Program-made: the position numbers and the translations under genes | Origin: Eledone cirrhosa | Lineage: Eukaryota | DNA length: 64,000 bases | Reading direction: 5' to 3' | Assembly (NCBI GenBank): GCA_964016885.1 | Contig: OZ024752.1 | Span: 8,184,001-8,248,000, forward strand | Part shown: piece after piece, positions 13,203-25,610 of the stretch | Layout of the letters: the number at the start of each line of letters is the position of its first letter | How positions within the stretch are numbered: position 1 is the stretch's first letter | Notes under the pieces: generated by a model | Told to the model about the DNA's origin: nothing | Seen by the model: the letters and a program-made list of their open reading frames with translations, nothing else | Databases searched by the model: none

Positions 13203-13337
13203 TCGAATCTAGCTGTTGAAACGGCCAGAGTTCAGCCGTCGGGGTCCTGACTCTTTCCTATTACCCACTCTACTACCAAAAGTATCGAGTATGTGGAGAG
13301 TAATGGTCTAACTGGTTTTTACCGCCTTCATTCTGAT
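13203..13337 (+). mobile_element. Short TA-flanked pLTR-like family A copy with the 3' half of a hammerhead
   Basis: GAAA-cggc..gccg-TC-ggggtc...ttcctattacccactctactacc; homologous to 45834-46020, 46315-46453 and 62541-62736. Confidence 0.7.
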
Positions 13338-13566
13338 ATATATATAACCTGATTAGTTTTTTCGTTGATTTGGTATTATGTGGCTAAGTTTACCTGCCAC
13401 AATTTTCAATTTGTCAAGCTGTCTAAACTTATGTTATTACTCTAAGGCCTGCAACCTTATTGAGTGCTTTGCTGCACATTCCTATCTGTATATCGTTAGC
13501 TTGGCCACAGCCAAGACTTCGATTTTACTAAACTTCCACTTGTGTATATATATATACAAGTGGAAG

Positions 13567-13600
<34 letters not shown>

Positions 13601-13712
13601 AAGTTGTCTGATGAGATCATGGCACTGGTTACGTGGAATCACGTGGCCACTGTCATCATCGAAATATGTCTCAATAGACGACTTTAACAAGTGAAACTAC
13701 TTCACACTCTCT
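13601..13712 (+). ncRNA. Hammerhead ribozyme relic (long helix II family; cleavage-site region deleted)
   Basis: CTGATGA 13608-13614, long hairpin gat..tggttacgtg-gaat-cacgtggcca..atc, GAAA 13661-13664; homolog of 52282-52356. Confidence 0.7.
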
Positions 13713-13727
13713 CTATATATATATATA

Positions 13728-14025
13728 TTACGTCCGCTTTTCCCTGCTTGCAAGGGTGGGACGAGAACTGAATCTGGCTTGATTTCTACAGCTGGATGCC
13801 CTTCCTAACACCAACCTCATGTTCAGTGAGTGCTGGGTGCTTTTTTGCCGTGGAAGGATATGGACCCCAGTCCCTATCATCTCATTTCTACAGCTGAGTA
13901 AACTGGAGCAATGTGAAATAAAGTGTCTTGCTCAAGGAAACAACACATCACCCAGTCTGAGAATTGAACTCACAAGCTTTCGATTGCAAGGCCAATGCTC
14001 TAACCACTAAGCCATGTGCCTCCAT
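13728..14025 (-). mobile_element. Composite SINE family 2 / RTE 3'UTR tail
   Basis: tRNA-like head (gagttcaattct on minus), ccttgagcaagacact core, ggaagggcatccagctgtagaa tail; homolog at 58815-59075. Confidence 0.75.
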
Positions 14026-14170
14026 AGTATATATATATATATAACCAAAGATTAATATGGTTCGTTGATTATTCAACGAATACAATTTTACAATAGATTA
14101 GAAGCACTTGACTGCCAATACTGGGATTGAATAATCCAAACCGTAGCGGTATGTCGCATATCAAATCTTA

Positions 14171-14233
14171 TATTTTGTCTCATGAAAACGTACTTAAACA
14201 CCATTGTACCTTTGAAATATGTATAATAAAATA
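14171..14233 (+). ncRNA. Decayed hammerhead (core CTCATGA)
   Basis: tattttgt-CTCATGA-aaacgtac..gtaccttt-GAAA-tatgta-TA-ataaaata; homolog of 18049-18113. Confidence 0.6.
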
Positions 14234-14276
14234 TATATTTTGATTATGAGAATATTTTTCATTTATTAACATTTTG

Positions 14277-14308
<32 letters not shown>

Positions 14309-14374
14309 CCAGAAAACATCCAACTGATAAGGTATGATTTTTCTGGGTATGTCTCTATATATAAAACAAATTTT

Positions 14375-14440
14375 GTATTTTATCTGAAGAAAGCGTACCA
14401 AAGTCTTTTGGTACCCTTGAAATATATATAAAATAAAAAT
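14375..14440 (+). ncRNA. Hammerhead-like motif, tandem partner of 14171
   Basis: ttttat-CTGAAGA(14384-14390)-aagcgtaccaaag/ttttggtaccctt-GAAA-tatata-TA; helix I imperfect. Confidence 0.65.
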
Positions 14441-14481
14441 GGTTTTATAAATATAGCTTCCATTTATTTAATATCATTGTG

Positions 14482-14710
<229 letters not shown>

Positions 14711-14777
14711 GGTAATAATAATAAAATGTGAAGGCTAAAATCCAAAGAGGGTTCAATAAGGATAAAAAACCATAGAA

Positions 14778-14832
<55 letters not shown>

Positions 14833-15011
14833 TTAGTTAAGCAAAACAAGACCACAAACTTCACAAGGAAGACATTATTAAAAAGATTGTCAACATATTT
14901 TAGTTTGATGTAAGGAATGTAGAGAATAATAATAATAATATTAATAATAATAATGTCCGTTTACAATTGTTTCGCTACTCCATATAATATTTCTGGATCA
15001 GATGACTATAT

Positions 15012-15069
<58 letters not shown>

Positions 15070-15617
15070 ATAAGATAAATGCTGATTTAAACATTTACAA
15101 GATATTCGTTACCACCAAATACATCACCGGGAATTGAAACCTGTTCAGGTATTCAGCTCGCTAAGAACATCTAAGCACCACCTCACCACACCTTAGTATA
15201 GTAGTAACACACATATATTTACATAGAATTATACTGCCTTTTGAAATGTTCATATACAGTCTGTAGCAATGTGTCTTATAGTATATTATACGATACACAG
15301 ACACAACGCTTTCTTTCATTCTGTGGAAATTTAGATGCTTACACATGGTGCAGAAGTAGCTGTTGTGTTAAGTCAGTCTAGCGCTGTTTATTTGTAAAGA
15401 TAAAATATAATTCAGTATAAAATACATATAAATATAACAAGACATAACAAGAATGTGTAGCGTACGTAAAATTCTTACAGTTCAAGGACTGCATTTTAAA
15501 CAAATAACTCAGCTAAATTAGGGAAGCTGCTAGCTCACCTAGCTCAGTCGACTGACACAACTTTTCGTCTTCCCTGCTGCTTAAGTACATAAATACATGT
15601 ATATACATGTGTGTGTC

Positions 15618-15670
<53 letters not shown>

Positions 15671-16254
15671 ATATTAGAGTAAGTGTAACTACAAACGCGT
15701 ACATTTAACAGTTACGGGAGGCGTTTATCTTACAATTTCAAATACAACCGAACTATTTGTAACACTGCAGCCACACAGAAGTGACTGCTTGTTTTATCAT
15801 TGTTTTATCTCTGTCTGTATTTACCTTATAGCCATTAAACCTGTATAATTCACTGTTGAAAGCCTAACAGGTATCCAGGCTAGACTGGGGAGGTAGGGAA
15901 GAGTTTACACTCCACTTCCATTCTTTTCCTTACTTTCGCTATTTCAAATATTTTCTTCGTCTTTTATTCCAAGCATTATATAATCCAGTTTAAAATGTGT
16001 TGAATATGATCAGAGTGGAGTTCTAAAATAATATACCTGTGTAGAAGTATGATTGCACGCGCATCTGTGTAGAAATATTAGCACGTGTTTTGTGGTATAT
16101 GTTGTCATGGTGTTTCTATATTGTTGACAGATGTTCCACTTCATTTAACTCACAATAAACACTTCACTTAGTTTTATTTATTTATTTATTTTCAGAGTCT
16201 AAAAAAAATATACATATATTATTCAACAACAAATTTCAATTAAATTAAATCAAT

Positions 16255-16445
16255 AATTGTTTCTACTTTTGGCACGAAGCCAGCAATTACCCTAGTGAAT
16301 TACTGGTACTTTATTTTATCACCCCCCCCCCCCACACTCTCCGTAAAGATGAGAGGCAAAGTTAACCTAGGCGGGACTGAACTTAGACCGTAAAGGGCCG
16401 TAACTCTGTGCTGCAAAGCATGGCGTCCAACTCTCTACCGATACT
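16255..16445 (-). mobile_element. SINE family 1
   Basis: actggtactttatttt...gatgagaggcaaagttaacct is the reverse complement of the family core. Confidence 0.75.
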
Positions 16446-16769
16446 AATGTTTACATTAAAGAATAAGAATAAAAAATAACGAAAGTAATAAAAAAAAAGA
16501 TGAGGGTAAAAGCGGTCGACTCTTCACTGGTGGTTATGTATCAGCTGCACCCCGCGGACATAATACCAGCGATACCCGCCATATTCTCCACCACACGGGG
16601 CTCTTTTCTGTCAATTTTGCAGGGGAAATGACAGCTCGGGGACCGATGCTATCAGAGATCTCAACGACGGCCGGTCAAGTCCCCGTATTTACCTATCTTC
16701 TCCAGCTCTACTGATAATATCAAAAACCCAGCTTTGTCCGACACTTGTACCACACTGAATCTTCCTGAG

Positions 16770-16890
16770 CAGGCATGTCAAACTGAAGGTTGCCCGAGGG
16801 CCACATGGGTCACACTTGTGTTGTCTGAGGGCCACATGGGTAACAAATGTGTTGTCTGAGGGCCACATGGGTCACATATGTGTTGTCTGG
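16770..16890 (+). mobile_element. hAT MITE left end with a 3x internal repeat, inserted in a SINE tail
   Basis: caggcatgtcaaact then gagggccacatgggtcaca..tgtgttgtct x3; same family as 6485-6670. Confidence 0.7.
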
Positions 16891-17374
16891 ATCTCCCTGA
16901 GAATTATATTAAGGGTACACGTGTCTGTGGAATGCTCAACCACTTACAACGGGCTGTACCTGTAATTCTAAGGGCCACTCCATGAGGATTGCATTAAGTG
17001 TACACATGTATATGGAATACTCAACCAGTTGTACGTATATTTCATAAATACGCCTTTCTGTTGTTCGAATAGTAAGGACAGACATCGTCGTGTCTGACGG
17101 AGATCCAACACAATTTCAGAATATAAGAGATTATATATAACAGATTATATATAACTAATATCTGACTATGAACTTAGTGATGACAGTATAAAGTATATTG
17201 TTCTCTCTCATATCTTCTTTCTGCCTAGCTGCTGCAAGCATTTTGCCTGACGTGTGTGTATGTGTGTGTGTATATATATATATATACATATATACATACA
17301 TATATACATATATATACATATATACATACACACATATATATATATATAGTTATGTAATAAACAACATAAGTTAA

Positions 17375-17566
17375 TTATTTCATTTACCAGTGGTTTCTTG
17401 AAGACAGATGTTGTGTCTGTCTTCAGTCGTGAGAAGGAATAAAAAAACATGGTGTATTTATTAAATATAGATATTTAATAAATACACCATGTTTTTTTTT
17501 CATTCTGACGACTGAAGACAGACACAACATCTTCTATCTTCAAGAAACCACTGGTAAATGAAATAA
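17375..17566. repeat. Fold-back palindrome with ~94-bp arms, each carrying a hammerhead motif
   Basis: 17375-17468 is the reverse complement of 17471-17566. Confidence 0.9.
17498..17563 (+). ncRNA. Type I hammerhead ribozyme motif
   Basis: Helix I tttcatt/aatgaaa; CTGACGA 17505-17511; helix II tgaaga/tcttca; GAAA 17544-17547; helix III Acca-c-tggT; predicted GUA cleavage after 17556. Confidence 0.8.
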
Positions 17567-17571
17567 GTATC

Positions 17572-17974
17572 TTCGTTGTTTTGAATATCTGGATATTCCA
17601 GATATTCAAAACAACGAACAGCGGAGGCCACGCTTCGCACCTTTCCGACAGACAACCCCCACTCCCCACCCCCGGAAAAACCCCAGTTGATGGATGTGAA
17701 TCCGAAATATAAAGGGACAATTAAATCTCTCCCAAGGTAACTCTTTCTCGTGTTGTTATTTTTATTTTTATCCTTTACGCTCTTTGCTTCATTCCTCTAC
17801 ACGTTACAGTCTTATACACACCACGCATCTCAACGTACTCCCACTTACATCTCTCTCTCCACCACCGGATCTTGTTACCCAGAGATTTACCCATCTGCAT
17901 TGTCGAGGCTTCCAAACGATTTAAAGAAATTTACCTTATTATTCCACAATGCTTCAAGCAAACTTCAATACTCT

Positions 17975-17976
<2 letters not shown>
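17572..17976 (+). mobile_element. Solo Penelope pLTR with a short 5' inverted fold-back
   Basis: Homologous to 41739-42057 (inverted) and 43688-43749; starts with hairpin ttcgttgttttgaatatctgg/ccagatattcaaaacaacgaa; ends in (TA)n. Confidence 0.85.
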
Positions 17977-18009
<33 letters not shown>

Positions 18010-18048
18010 GATATTAACAAATGGAAACTATATTTATAAAACCATATC

Positions 18049-18113
18049 TATTTTATTATACATATTTCAAGGATACCATGTTAAATTATGGTATGCTTTC
18101 ATCAGACAAAATA
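18049..18113 (-). ncRNA. Type I hammerhead ribozyme motif
   Basis: Minus strand: tattttgt-CTGATGA-aagcataccat/atggtatcctt-GAAA-tatgta-TA-ataaaata; all three helices pair. Confidence 0.8.
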
Positions 18114-19074
18114 CAATATATACCAGTTTTATAAATAAACATTGACGTACCCTTTGAAAATGCAACCGTTACTTTTGGAAGACATCAAGGATAGTGGATT
18201 TGTTTATTTTAGTAAGTCGTTGTGTTAAGGAGAAGGAAAAAGATGGAGAGAGAGAAAAGTGGAGAAAGAAAGGGAGAGATAAATAAAGAAAAAGAAGAAA
18301 AAAGAAAAAAAGAAAACAGAGAAAAACAAGAGAGAGATATCAAACCACCAGACAGAGAGAAATATAGAGATAGAGATAGGGGGAGAGAACGAAAACCTTA
18401 AGTCATGTCATATTAAGTTAAGTTAACAATTGAGATGAAATGAATAAATAAAATTAGAAATATTAATATTCATGAATGGAATATACATATATAATATGAG
18501 AAATTAATCATTGTTTAACTATGATTAGATATTTAGTTTAAAAATTGAGACCAATATATTAAAAATTGGAATTTAAACATTACGAAATATATATATTGCT
18601 AGAGAAATTACCTATCATATAGCACGCACGTACATATACGCAAAATTACACATAAAATATATATATACACACACTCAGAAAATACACATTATATCTACTC
18701 CCGTATATAATATATACATACAAAGCATAAATGATTTTTTTTATTAATGTTATACATCCCTTGTGTTATTAAATAAAATTTTTTAGTATATATATATAAA
18801 TATATAGGATTAACTTTCATGCATTTATGGCTGTTAAATTATGCCTATCTGCAATCAAAATTGTATGGGTACACATGTACACGTACACACACAATTCTTA
18901 TATATACATATATAAACATGTGTGTGCATCCTCACCCAATTGGTAGACACATGTTAATATCGTATATTTACTCCAAATACTTGTCGAGTGCTTTATATCA
19001 GTTATAAAAATATTTGCTTGTTGTATCCCAACAATTTAAATAAAACTTTTGCATATATATATATATATATATTT

Positions 19075-20645
19075 GCCAAAGTCCTGGGACATGAGGATCA
19101 GAAATGTGAAGTGTTCCAAATTGCAAGGTAGTGTGTTGGTGTGAACCAAGATGTTGTTAGGGAAAAGTGTTTTAGAAATGACACTGGTGCACTTAGCACC
19201 ACTGATGCTCAAAGATAGGGGTCTGGAAATATTACTACGGGAAGCTGATGGATGTAGAGAATAAATGTGAGATCAGTGCAAGTCATGTACAGAGGAGCTG
19301 TCAGTAAAGTGAGAGTAGGAAGTGAGTTTAGTGAGGAATTCAAGGTACAGGTAGGAGTTCATCAAGGTTCAGTTCTTAGCCCACTGCTGTTCATCATAGT
19401 TCTCCAGGCCATAACAGAGGAGTTTAAAACTGGTTGTCCATGAGAACTTCTCTATGCAGATGATTTGGTCCTTATAGCTGAATCCATAAAAGAACTAGAA
19501 AATAAGCTCTGACTAGGGAAACAAAATTTAGAATCAAAAGGTCTGAGAGTAAACTTAGCTAAAGTTCTAGTGAGTAGGAGAAAAGATAGGACCCTAGTCC
19601 CTTCCAGGAAGTGGCCCTGCTCAATATGTAGAAAAGGAGTAGGTATAAACTCCATAGAACGTACACAATATAAATCTTAAGTTCACAAGAGATGTAGTGG
19701 GATAACTGGTAGACTAACAGGAAGGAAAGACTTTCTATGTAGAAGATGAACAGGGGTAATCGAGGGGAAGGGAGCCAGTGATGTAAACCTATTCCAGTCA
19801 CAGGAAGGATCTATAGAAGTAGTTGATAGCTTCTGCTATCTAGGTGACTTAATTAGCAACAGAGGAGGGTACTCTGAGAGCATAATAGCTAGAATAAGGA
19901 TAGGATTGAAAAAGTTTAGAGAGCTACTCCCACTGTTGGTCACAAAAGGTTTCTCCCTACGTAAAAAAAGTACGAATTATGGTGCCTGTGTGTGAAATGT
20001 GATGCTGTATGGTAGTGAAACATGGGCTGTAACTGCAGAGGACATGTGGTGCTACATGGTAGTGAAACATGGGCTGTGATTGCAGAGGACATGTGGTGCT
20101 ACATGGTAGTGAAACATGGGCTGTGACTGCAGAGGACATGTGGTGCTCCATGGTAGTGAAACGTGGGCTGTGACTGCAGAAGACATGTGGTGCTACATGG
20201 TAATGAAATATGGGCTGTGAGTGCAGAAGACATGTGGTGCTGCATGGTAGCGAACCATGGGCTGTGGCTGCAGAAGACGTGGTGCTACATGGTAATGAAA
20301 CATGGGCTGTGAGTGCAGAAGATGTGTAGACTAGAGAGAAATGAAGCAACCATGCTTTGTAAATGTGAGAGAAAGGCAGAGCTTCGATGAGTTGAATGAG
20401 AAGCTGGATTTATGAGGATTCCAAGTTGGTGTGTAGGAGAGAAGACTGCGTTGGTGTAGACATGTGATGCGCATGGACAATGATCGTTGGGTGAAGAAAT
20501 GCCAGTGGAAGGAAGCTGCATGAGAAGTAGACAAGAAAGACCTGGATAGAGGTTGTGAGAGCTGACCTCAAATCACTGAGACTCACAGAGGAGATAACAA
20601 AGGATCGCGATGAGTAGAGAGATGTTGTGCTGAGAAGGACCCATC
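19075..20645 (+). mobile_element. Degraded RTE LINE (RT to 3' end)
   Basis: VGVHQGSVLSPLLFIIV, LYADDLVL, FCYLGD, LRWCRHVMRM; multiple stops and frameshifts. Confidence 0.9.
19998..20326. repeat. 47-bp tandem expansion (~7 units) inside the RTE coding sequence
   Basis: gtggtgctacatggtagtgaaacatgggctgtgactgcagaggacat, the (V/M)LHGSETWAVTAED segment. Confidence 0.9.
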
Positions 20646-20705
20646 TAACTGATCCTTAGTTATTAAATGTTTGAAAGATTAAACAGTCTTTGGTTATTAT
20701 TTACA

Positions 20706-20752
<47 letters not shown>

Positions 20753-21344
20753 GTTCAAGGAAACAACAAACAGAGGTACAAAAAGTCTTATTAGTTTCAT
20801 ACTTTATATGGAAAGGGGGAAAGAAAGTTCAGTGTGTATATGTAACATATATTTATATGTTATATATATAACATATATGTATATCACACTTGGGCTACCC
20901 TTCTGCCACCTTATTATTCCCTCCTCCTTGATTTCAGTTCCTATTTCAACTATGCCAGCATGGAAAGATGTATGTAACCCGCAGTGTGTTGTCAGATGTT
21001 GCCCTAAAATCCCCCTTTCCCTCTCAGCTCTTCCCTCAGCAGGCAATATTAGCCCCTCACTGTTGCCCCACTCCTACCCTTAAAACTGCCTCCACTAACC
21101 ACCAAGCCATGCACAATCACAGAGCTACACACACTCACACACACACACACATACATATGTATGTATATATGGTATGGTCCCGTAACTCCTGATAGTTAGG
21201 GGACACCGTATTGACATACAGCGTTTCTTGGGTATTTTTCAAACCTGGTGGAGCCCACCCCTCTCTAGGCCTGAGCACAGCAGATTTCTTCCAGAGAAAG
21301 ATAGAAAGTGAGAGAGGAAATGAGAAAGAGATATAGAGGAAAAA

Positions 21345-21502
21345 TCGACCCCAGTATTAGACTGGTATTTTTTTTTGTCGACCACGAAAGGATGAAAGGC
21401 AAAGTTGACCTCGGCGGGATTTCAACTCAGAGAGCAGAGAGTCGGAACGGATACCATAAAGCATTCTATCAGACGTTTTAATAACTCTGCCCATTCGCCA
21501 CC
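21345..21502 (-). mobile_element. SINE family 1
   Basis: atcgaccccagt...actggta...ggatgaaaggcaaagttgacctcggcgggatttcaactc. Confidence 0.8.
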
Positions 21503-21756
21503 TATATACTATTTAGAAATATATATAAGAAAGAAAGAATGATGTTTTCTGAAAAGTCGACTTGGCGTAAATATGAGGTTTAAAATTTGATTTTCAAAGC
21601 TGTCTCCCACCTGATTCTAAAATAAGTTAGTGTCAAGAAAATAACTTATTTTTAGACCGTGTTAATTTGGCAATCTTTTGTTAGCCTTTAGCAAATAATC
21701 TAGACATCAATAATGGACACTGGTAAAAGAAGACTAATCCCTGGTGTTTCTAGACT

Positions 21757-22140
21757 ACAGACAGGTGAACAGATACATAGATGGATAGACAGGTGAACAG
21801 ATACATAGATGGATAGACAGGTGAACAGATACATAGACAGGTGAATAGATACATAGATGGGTAGACAGGGGAATAGATACATAGATGGATAGACAGGTGG
21901 ACAGACAGGTGAATAGATACATAGATGGATAGACAGGTGAATAGATACATAGATGGGTAGACAGGTGAATAGATACATAGATGGATAGACAGGTGAATAG
22001 ATACATAGATGGATAGACAGGTGAACAGACAGGTGAACAGATACATAGATGGGTAGACAGGTGAACAGATACATAGACAGGGGAATAGATACATAGATGG
22101 GTAGACAGGTAGACAGACTTGTGTACAAATACATAGGTGG
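21757..22140. repeat. GATA/GACA-derived 28-bp minisatellite
   Basis: agacaggtgaatagatacatagatggat repeated. Confidence 0.92.
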
Positions 22141-22151
22141 ATGAGAAGATA

Positions 22152-25100
22152 TGTTTCTTTTATTTGCCAACAGGGCATCAAAAGTGGGACAAGTACAAGG
22201 GGGGAGTTTACACAAAAAGGCGTCCTCAATAAGGAGGAGGCAATAACAATATATAAAAATAATATATAACAAAAAATAAAATTTATAACAAAATCCTCAA
22301 TAGAGAGGAGGCGCCTTGGGGGGTCGCACACACCCCCGAAAAAAGTGTGCAATCCTTTTCCTCAGGAGCACAGAGAGGGGGTGCTCCCTTGTTCCTTCCT
22401 CTTTTCCACCTACAGGCTTATGTAAAGAGAAAGCCCATTCACACGGGCCATTCTCGCCACTTTCACCCACCTTTCATAAAAACGACTGGGGTGGAGCACC
22501 TCTCTCTCCATCCTGATCCTTCTTCCGAAATGATATCGGAAGAAACGGACCAGTTGTTGGCCAGAGAGAAAGGTGCCTGACCTCAGTCCTTTCAGACGCG
22601 TCCACCATACAACCTCTTTCGCCGTGGCTATTGCGCACAGAAACACCGCCTCTGCTTCATCTTTGAAGGGGGGAGGCGGCTTGATCATTACAATAGACTC
22701 GGTGGTCAACCGGATTGGTCCCACCCTTGACAGCAGTTGTTTGACATAGCCCCACAGATCGGCTACGCCCAAGCAGTGTACCAATGCGTGTGCAACGGTT
22801 TCCTCGTCACACACGCATCTGGGACAGATCTTTTTGGCAGGGTCCCTACCCAGGCGCCCGTGTCTGTAGAGCTTTTCTCGAACGGGTAGAGCCCCTCGGT
22901 AGCACTGCCAGGCCAGGGACTTCTGGAAGTTGTCCATAGGTCCCGGGCTGAATGTCCTACCGAACAGGCTGGCCAGTTCGTCCTCCTCCATGTCTAGGGC
23001 TTCTCCAAGGGCGTCGTCGCACCTGCTGCGTACCAGCCCTCTATAGAATGTTGCGGTGGAGTCTCCACTGATAACCGGATCCGCCTGCCAGAGGGCGGTG
23101 AGCGCCTGGGCACACTCAGTGTGCCAGGCGCCCAGTTTTCTCGGTCTTTGCTTGACCCAGGATTGCAGCTCGGTGAGTGAGACGAGTCTGGGAAAGGTTC
23201 GTCTCACAAACGAGGCCCACACCGGTTGACCGGTGAGGAATACGTAGAGGTGCCGTAGCCTTAATGCGTGTTTACGCATCATTAGCCACGGCATCCCCAG
23301 CCCTCCTTTCGAAGGGTGTTGACAGCAGATGGATCTCCTCACCATAGGAGCCCGCCTCTTCCAAAGGAATTGGAAGAGCGTGCGCTCTATCTTGGCGAGG
23401 GTTTTCCTTGGGCAGGGCACTACGGTCAGGCGGTAGTAGATGACGGACGCTATATAGGTGTTCGCCACCTCCGCCCGACCTTTCAGGGATAGTTTGCAAC
23501 TGGCCCACTTCTGGGTCAGTGCAAACACCCTGTTCGTAACCTCCGCCCAGTTTTTCTCCACCTGGAGGTCCGGTCCGAACCAGACCCCGAGCAACTTCAC
23601 CGGGCCCTCCGTCCGACGACGCCATCGGAGGGCATCGGTCTGCCCCTCCACGTGCCGAGTTGCAAACCGATCGACTTGTCCCGGTTCAGCTTAGCCCCCG
23701 TGAACCTTTCGTACTCCTCCAGTAAGGTGCCGACCGCCTCGATTTCGGAGGCCGTCGACACCATTACTGTCACGTCATCGGTGTAGGCCGACACCGCTTT
23801 CCGCAATCCCGGTTCCAAAGGGATGCCCTGCAACAACTCCAACTTCCGCAGTAGTGGCTCGAGAATCAACACATACAGAAGGGAGGAGAGAGGGCACCCT
23901 TGTCGGATGGACCGCGCGATTTTGAACGGCTCCGAGAGGTAGCCGTTCACCTTGACCCTAGAGCAGATGCGGCTGCTGTGCATAGCAGTGATCCAGAGTG
24001 ATCCAGCCCCTGAAAACGGGTCCGAAGCCTGCCGCCGCTAGCACCGCATCCAGGTAACCATGGTCGACCCTATCGAACGCCTTAGATTGATCCAAGTTGA
24101 TCAGAGCCCCACCAAAGCCGGGTTCATTCCCAACCCTCTCTATGATGTATCGCATGAGGTGGAGGTTCTCATGGATGGACCTGGACGGGATAGCGCATGT
24201 CTGCGCATCTCCCACCAGGTTGCCCACGACAAGCGCCAACCTCTTTGCTAGCACCTTGGCCAAAATCTGTAACTCTGTATTTAGCAGTGTTATGGGCCTG
24301 AAGTTACTTATTTCGTCCCCCTTGTTCTCGTCCTTCCTCACTAGCGTGACTACGCCCTTGGTCACAGTACAGGGAATTCTCCCGTTCTGTTGCCAGTTGC
24401 AGTAGACCGCCTCGAGGAGATCGGGGAACAAGTCCGGCATAGCTAGATATAATTCGTAAGGAAGACCATCGAGACCCGGGGATTTGCGTTTGCCGCATTG
24501 GCTCAGCACGTCCTCTATCTCAGCAGCCGAAATCGGCTCCTCGCAGGACTTCGCCTCCCTGTCCGAGAGACGCGGCAGGCCGTCGAGGTATGGACCGAAG
24601 TCCACGTTCCCAACCGGCTCCCCGCCCCTCCCGAACAGTCGGGCAAAGTGCCTTTGAAAGGCCTCACGCATCTGCTTAGGCTCAAGAATCGCCCGTCCAT
24701 CCAGGTCTCGCAAAGACCGGATGGTGGATTTAGTTCTACTGTTGGCCTCTGTCACTCGGGCCCAGCTAACAGCTTTGGTCCCCTCGTTCCCTAGAGCACG
24801 TATTTTACTTCGGACAACGCAGCCTTCGTGCTTCGCGTCGAAAAACTGGCTCAAAGCCGTTCTCGATGCTAGCACTCTGGCCACGTCGCCACTTCTAATT
24901 GCCTCTTCTACTCTATCTATTAGCTCCCTTTCCTTCCTATCCGCAGCTAGAACCTTACTAAATTCTATCGCGACTACTCTAATCTCTCTCTTTAGAGATA
25001 CCCACCACCTGCTGTTGACGATCGCTCCAGTCAACCGTTCCTTAACTAACGTACTAATCCGATCCCTGTAAGCTCTACTTGCCAGCAAGGACAAGTTGAG

Positions 25101-25486
25101 CTTCCAGTAATCGGAGCCCTGTCTATGCGTTCTATCAAGGTTGACCATGCAGGTCACCAACTTGTGGTCTGAATAGCCAACCATGAGCATTTCTGGACAA
25201 CTTAAAAAGTCCCTGTCCTTATTTCTAACTAAAAATCTATCTAGGTACGACCTAGATGATCCGCATTTGACCAAGACCAGGTTGGCACCGTCGGAAAATC
25301 TAGTCGAAATCTATCGGCCAGGTCAAATCGGCCGAGTAACCCCTTGAGGCTGTTGCACCCCTCTCTATCGGGACATGCCCCTGCATAGTCCCAACGTGCA
25401 TCCAGGATACCATTCCAATCCCCCACTAAAAGCAGGGAACGGGACGTCCCTAGAAAAGACTCCAGACGCTGGAAAAAGTCGGGCCG
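22152..25486 (-). mobile_element. Tx1/L1-type LINE, 5'-truncated within the APE domain, frameshifted
   Basis: GDWN, YLDRF, SDH, KSPGLDGL, NFRPITLLN, DQSKAFDRV, RQGCPLS, AYTDD, CPRC..ETVAHALVHC; AATAAA at the 3' end; 13-bp TSD ggatgagaagata at 22139-22151 and 25487-25499. Confidence 0.95.
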
Positions 25487-25610
25487 GGATGAGAAGATAG
25501 ATAGATGGATGAAAGACACATAGATGGATGGATAGCTGGGTGGATGGGTAGGTACAGGGGTGGATAGATAGATGTATGGCTAGGTAGAGGGATGGATAGA
25601 TAGATAGACA

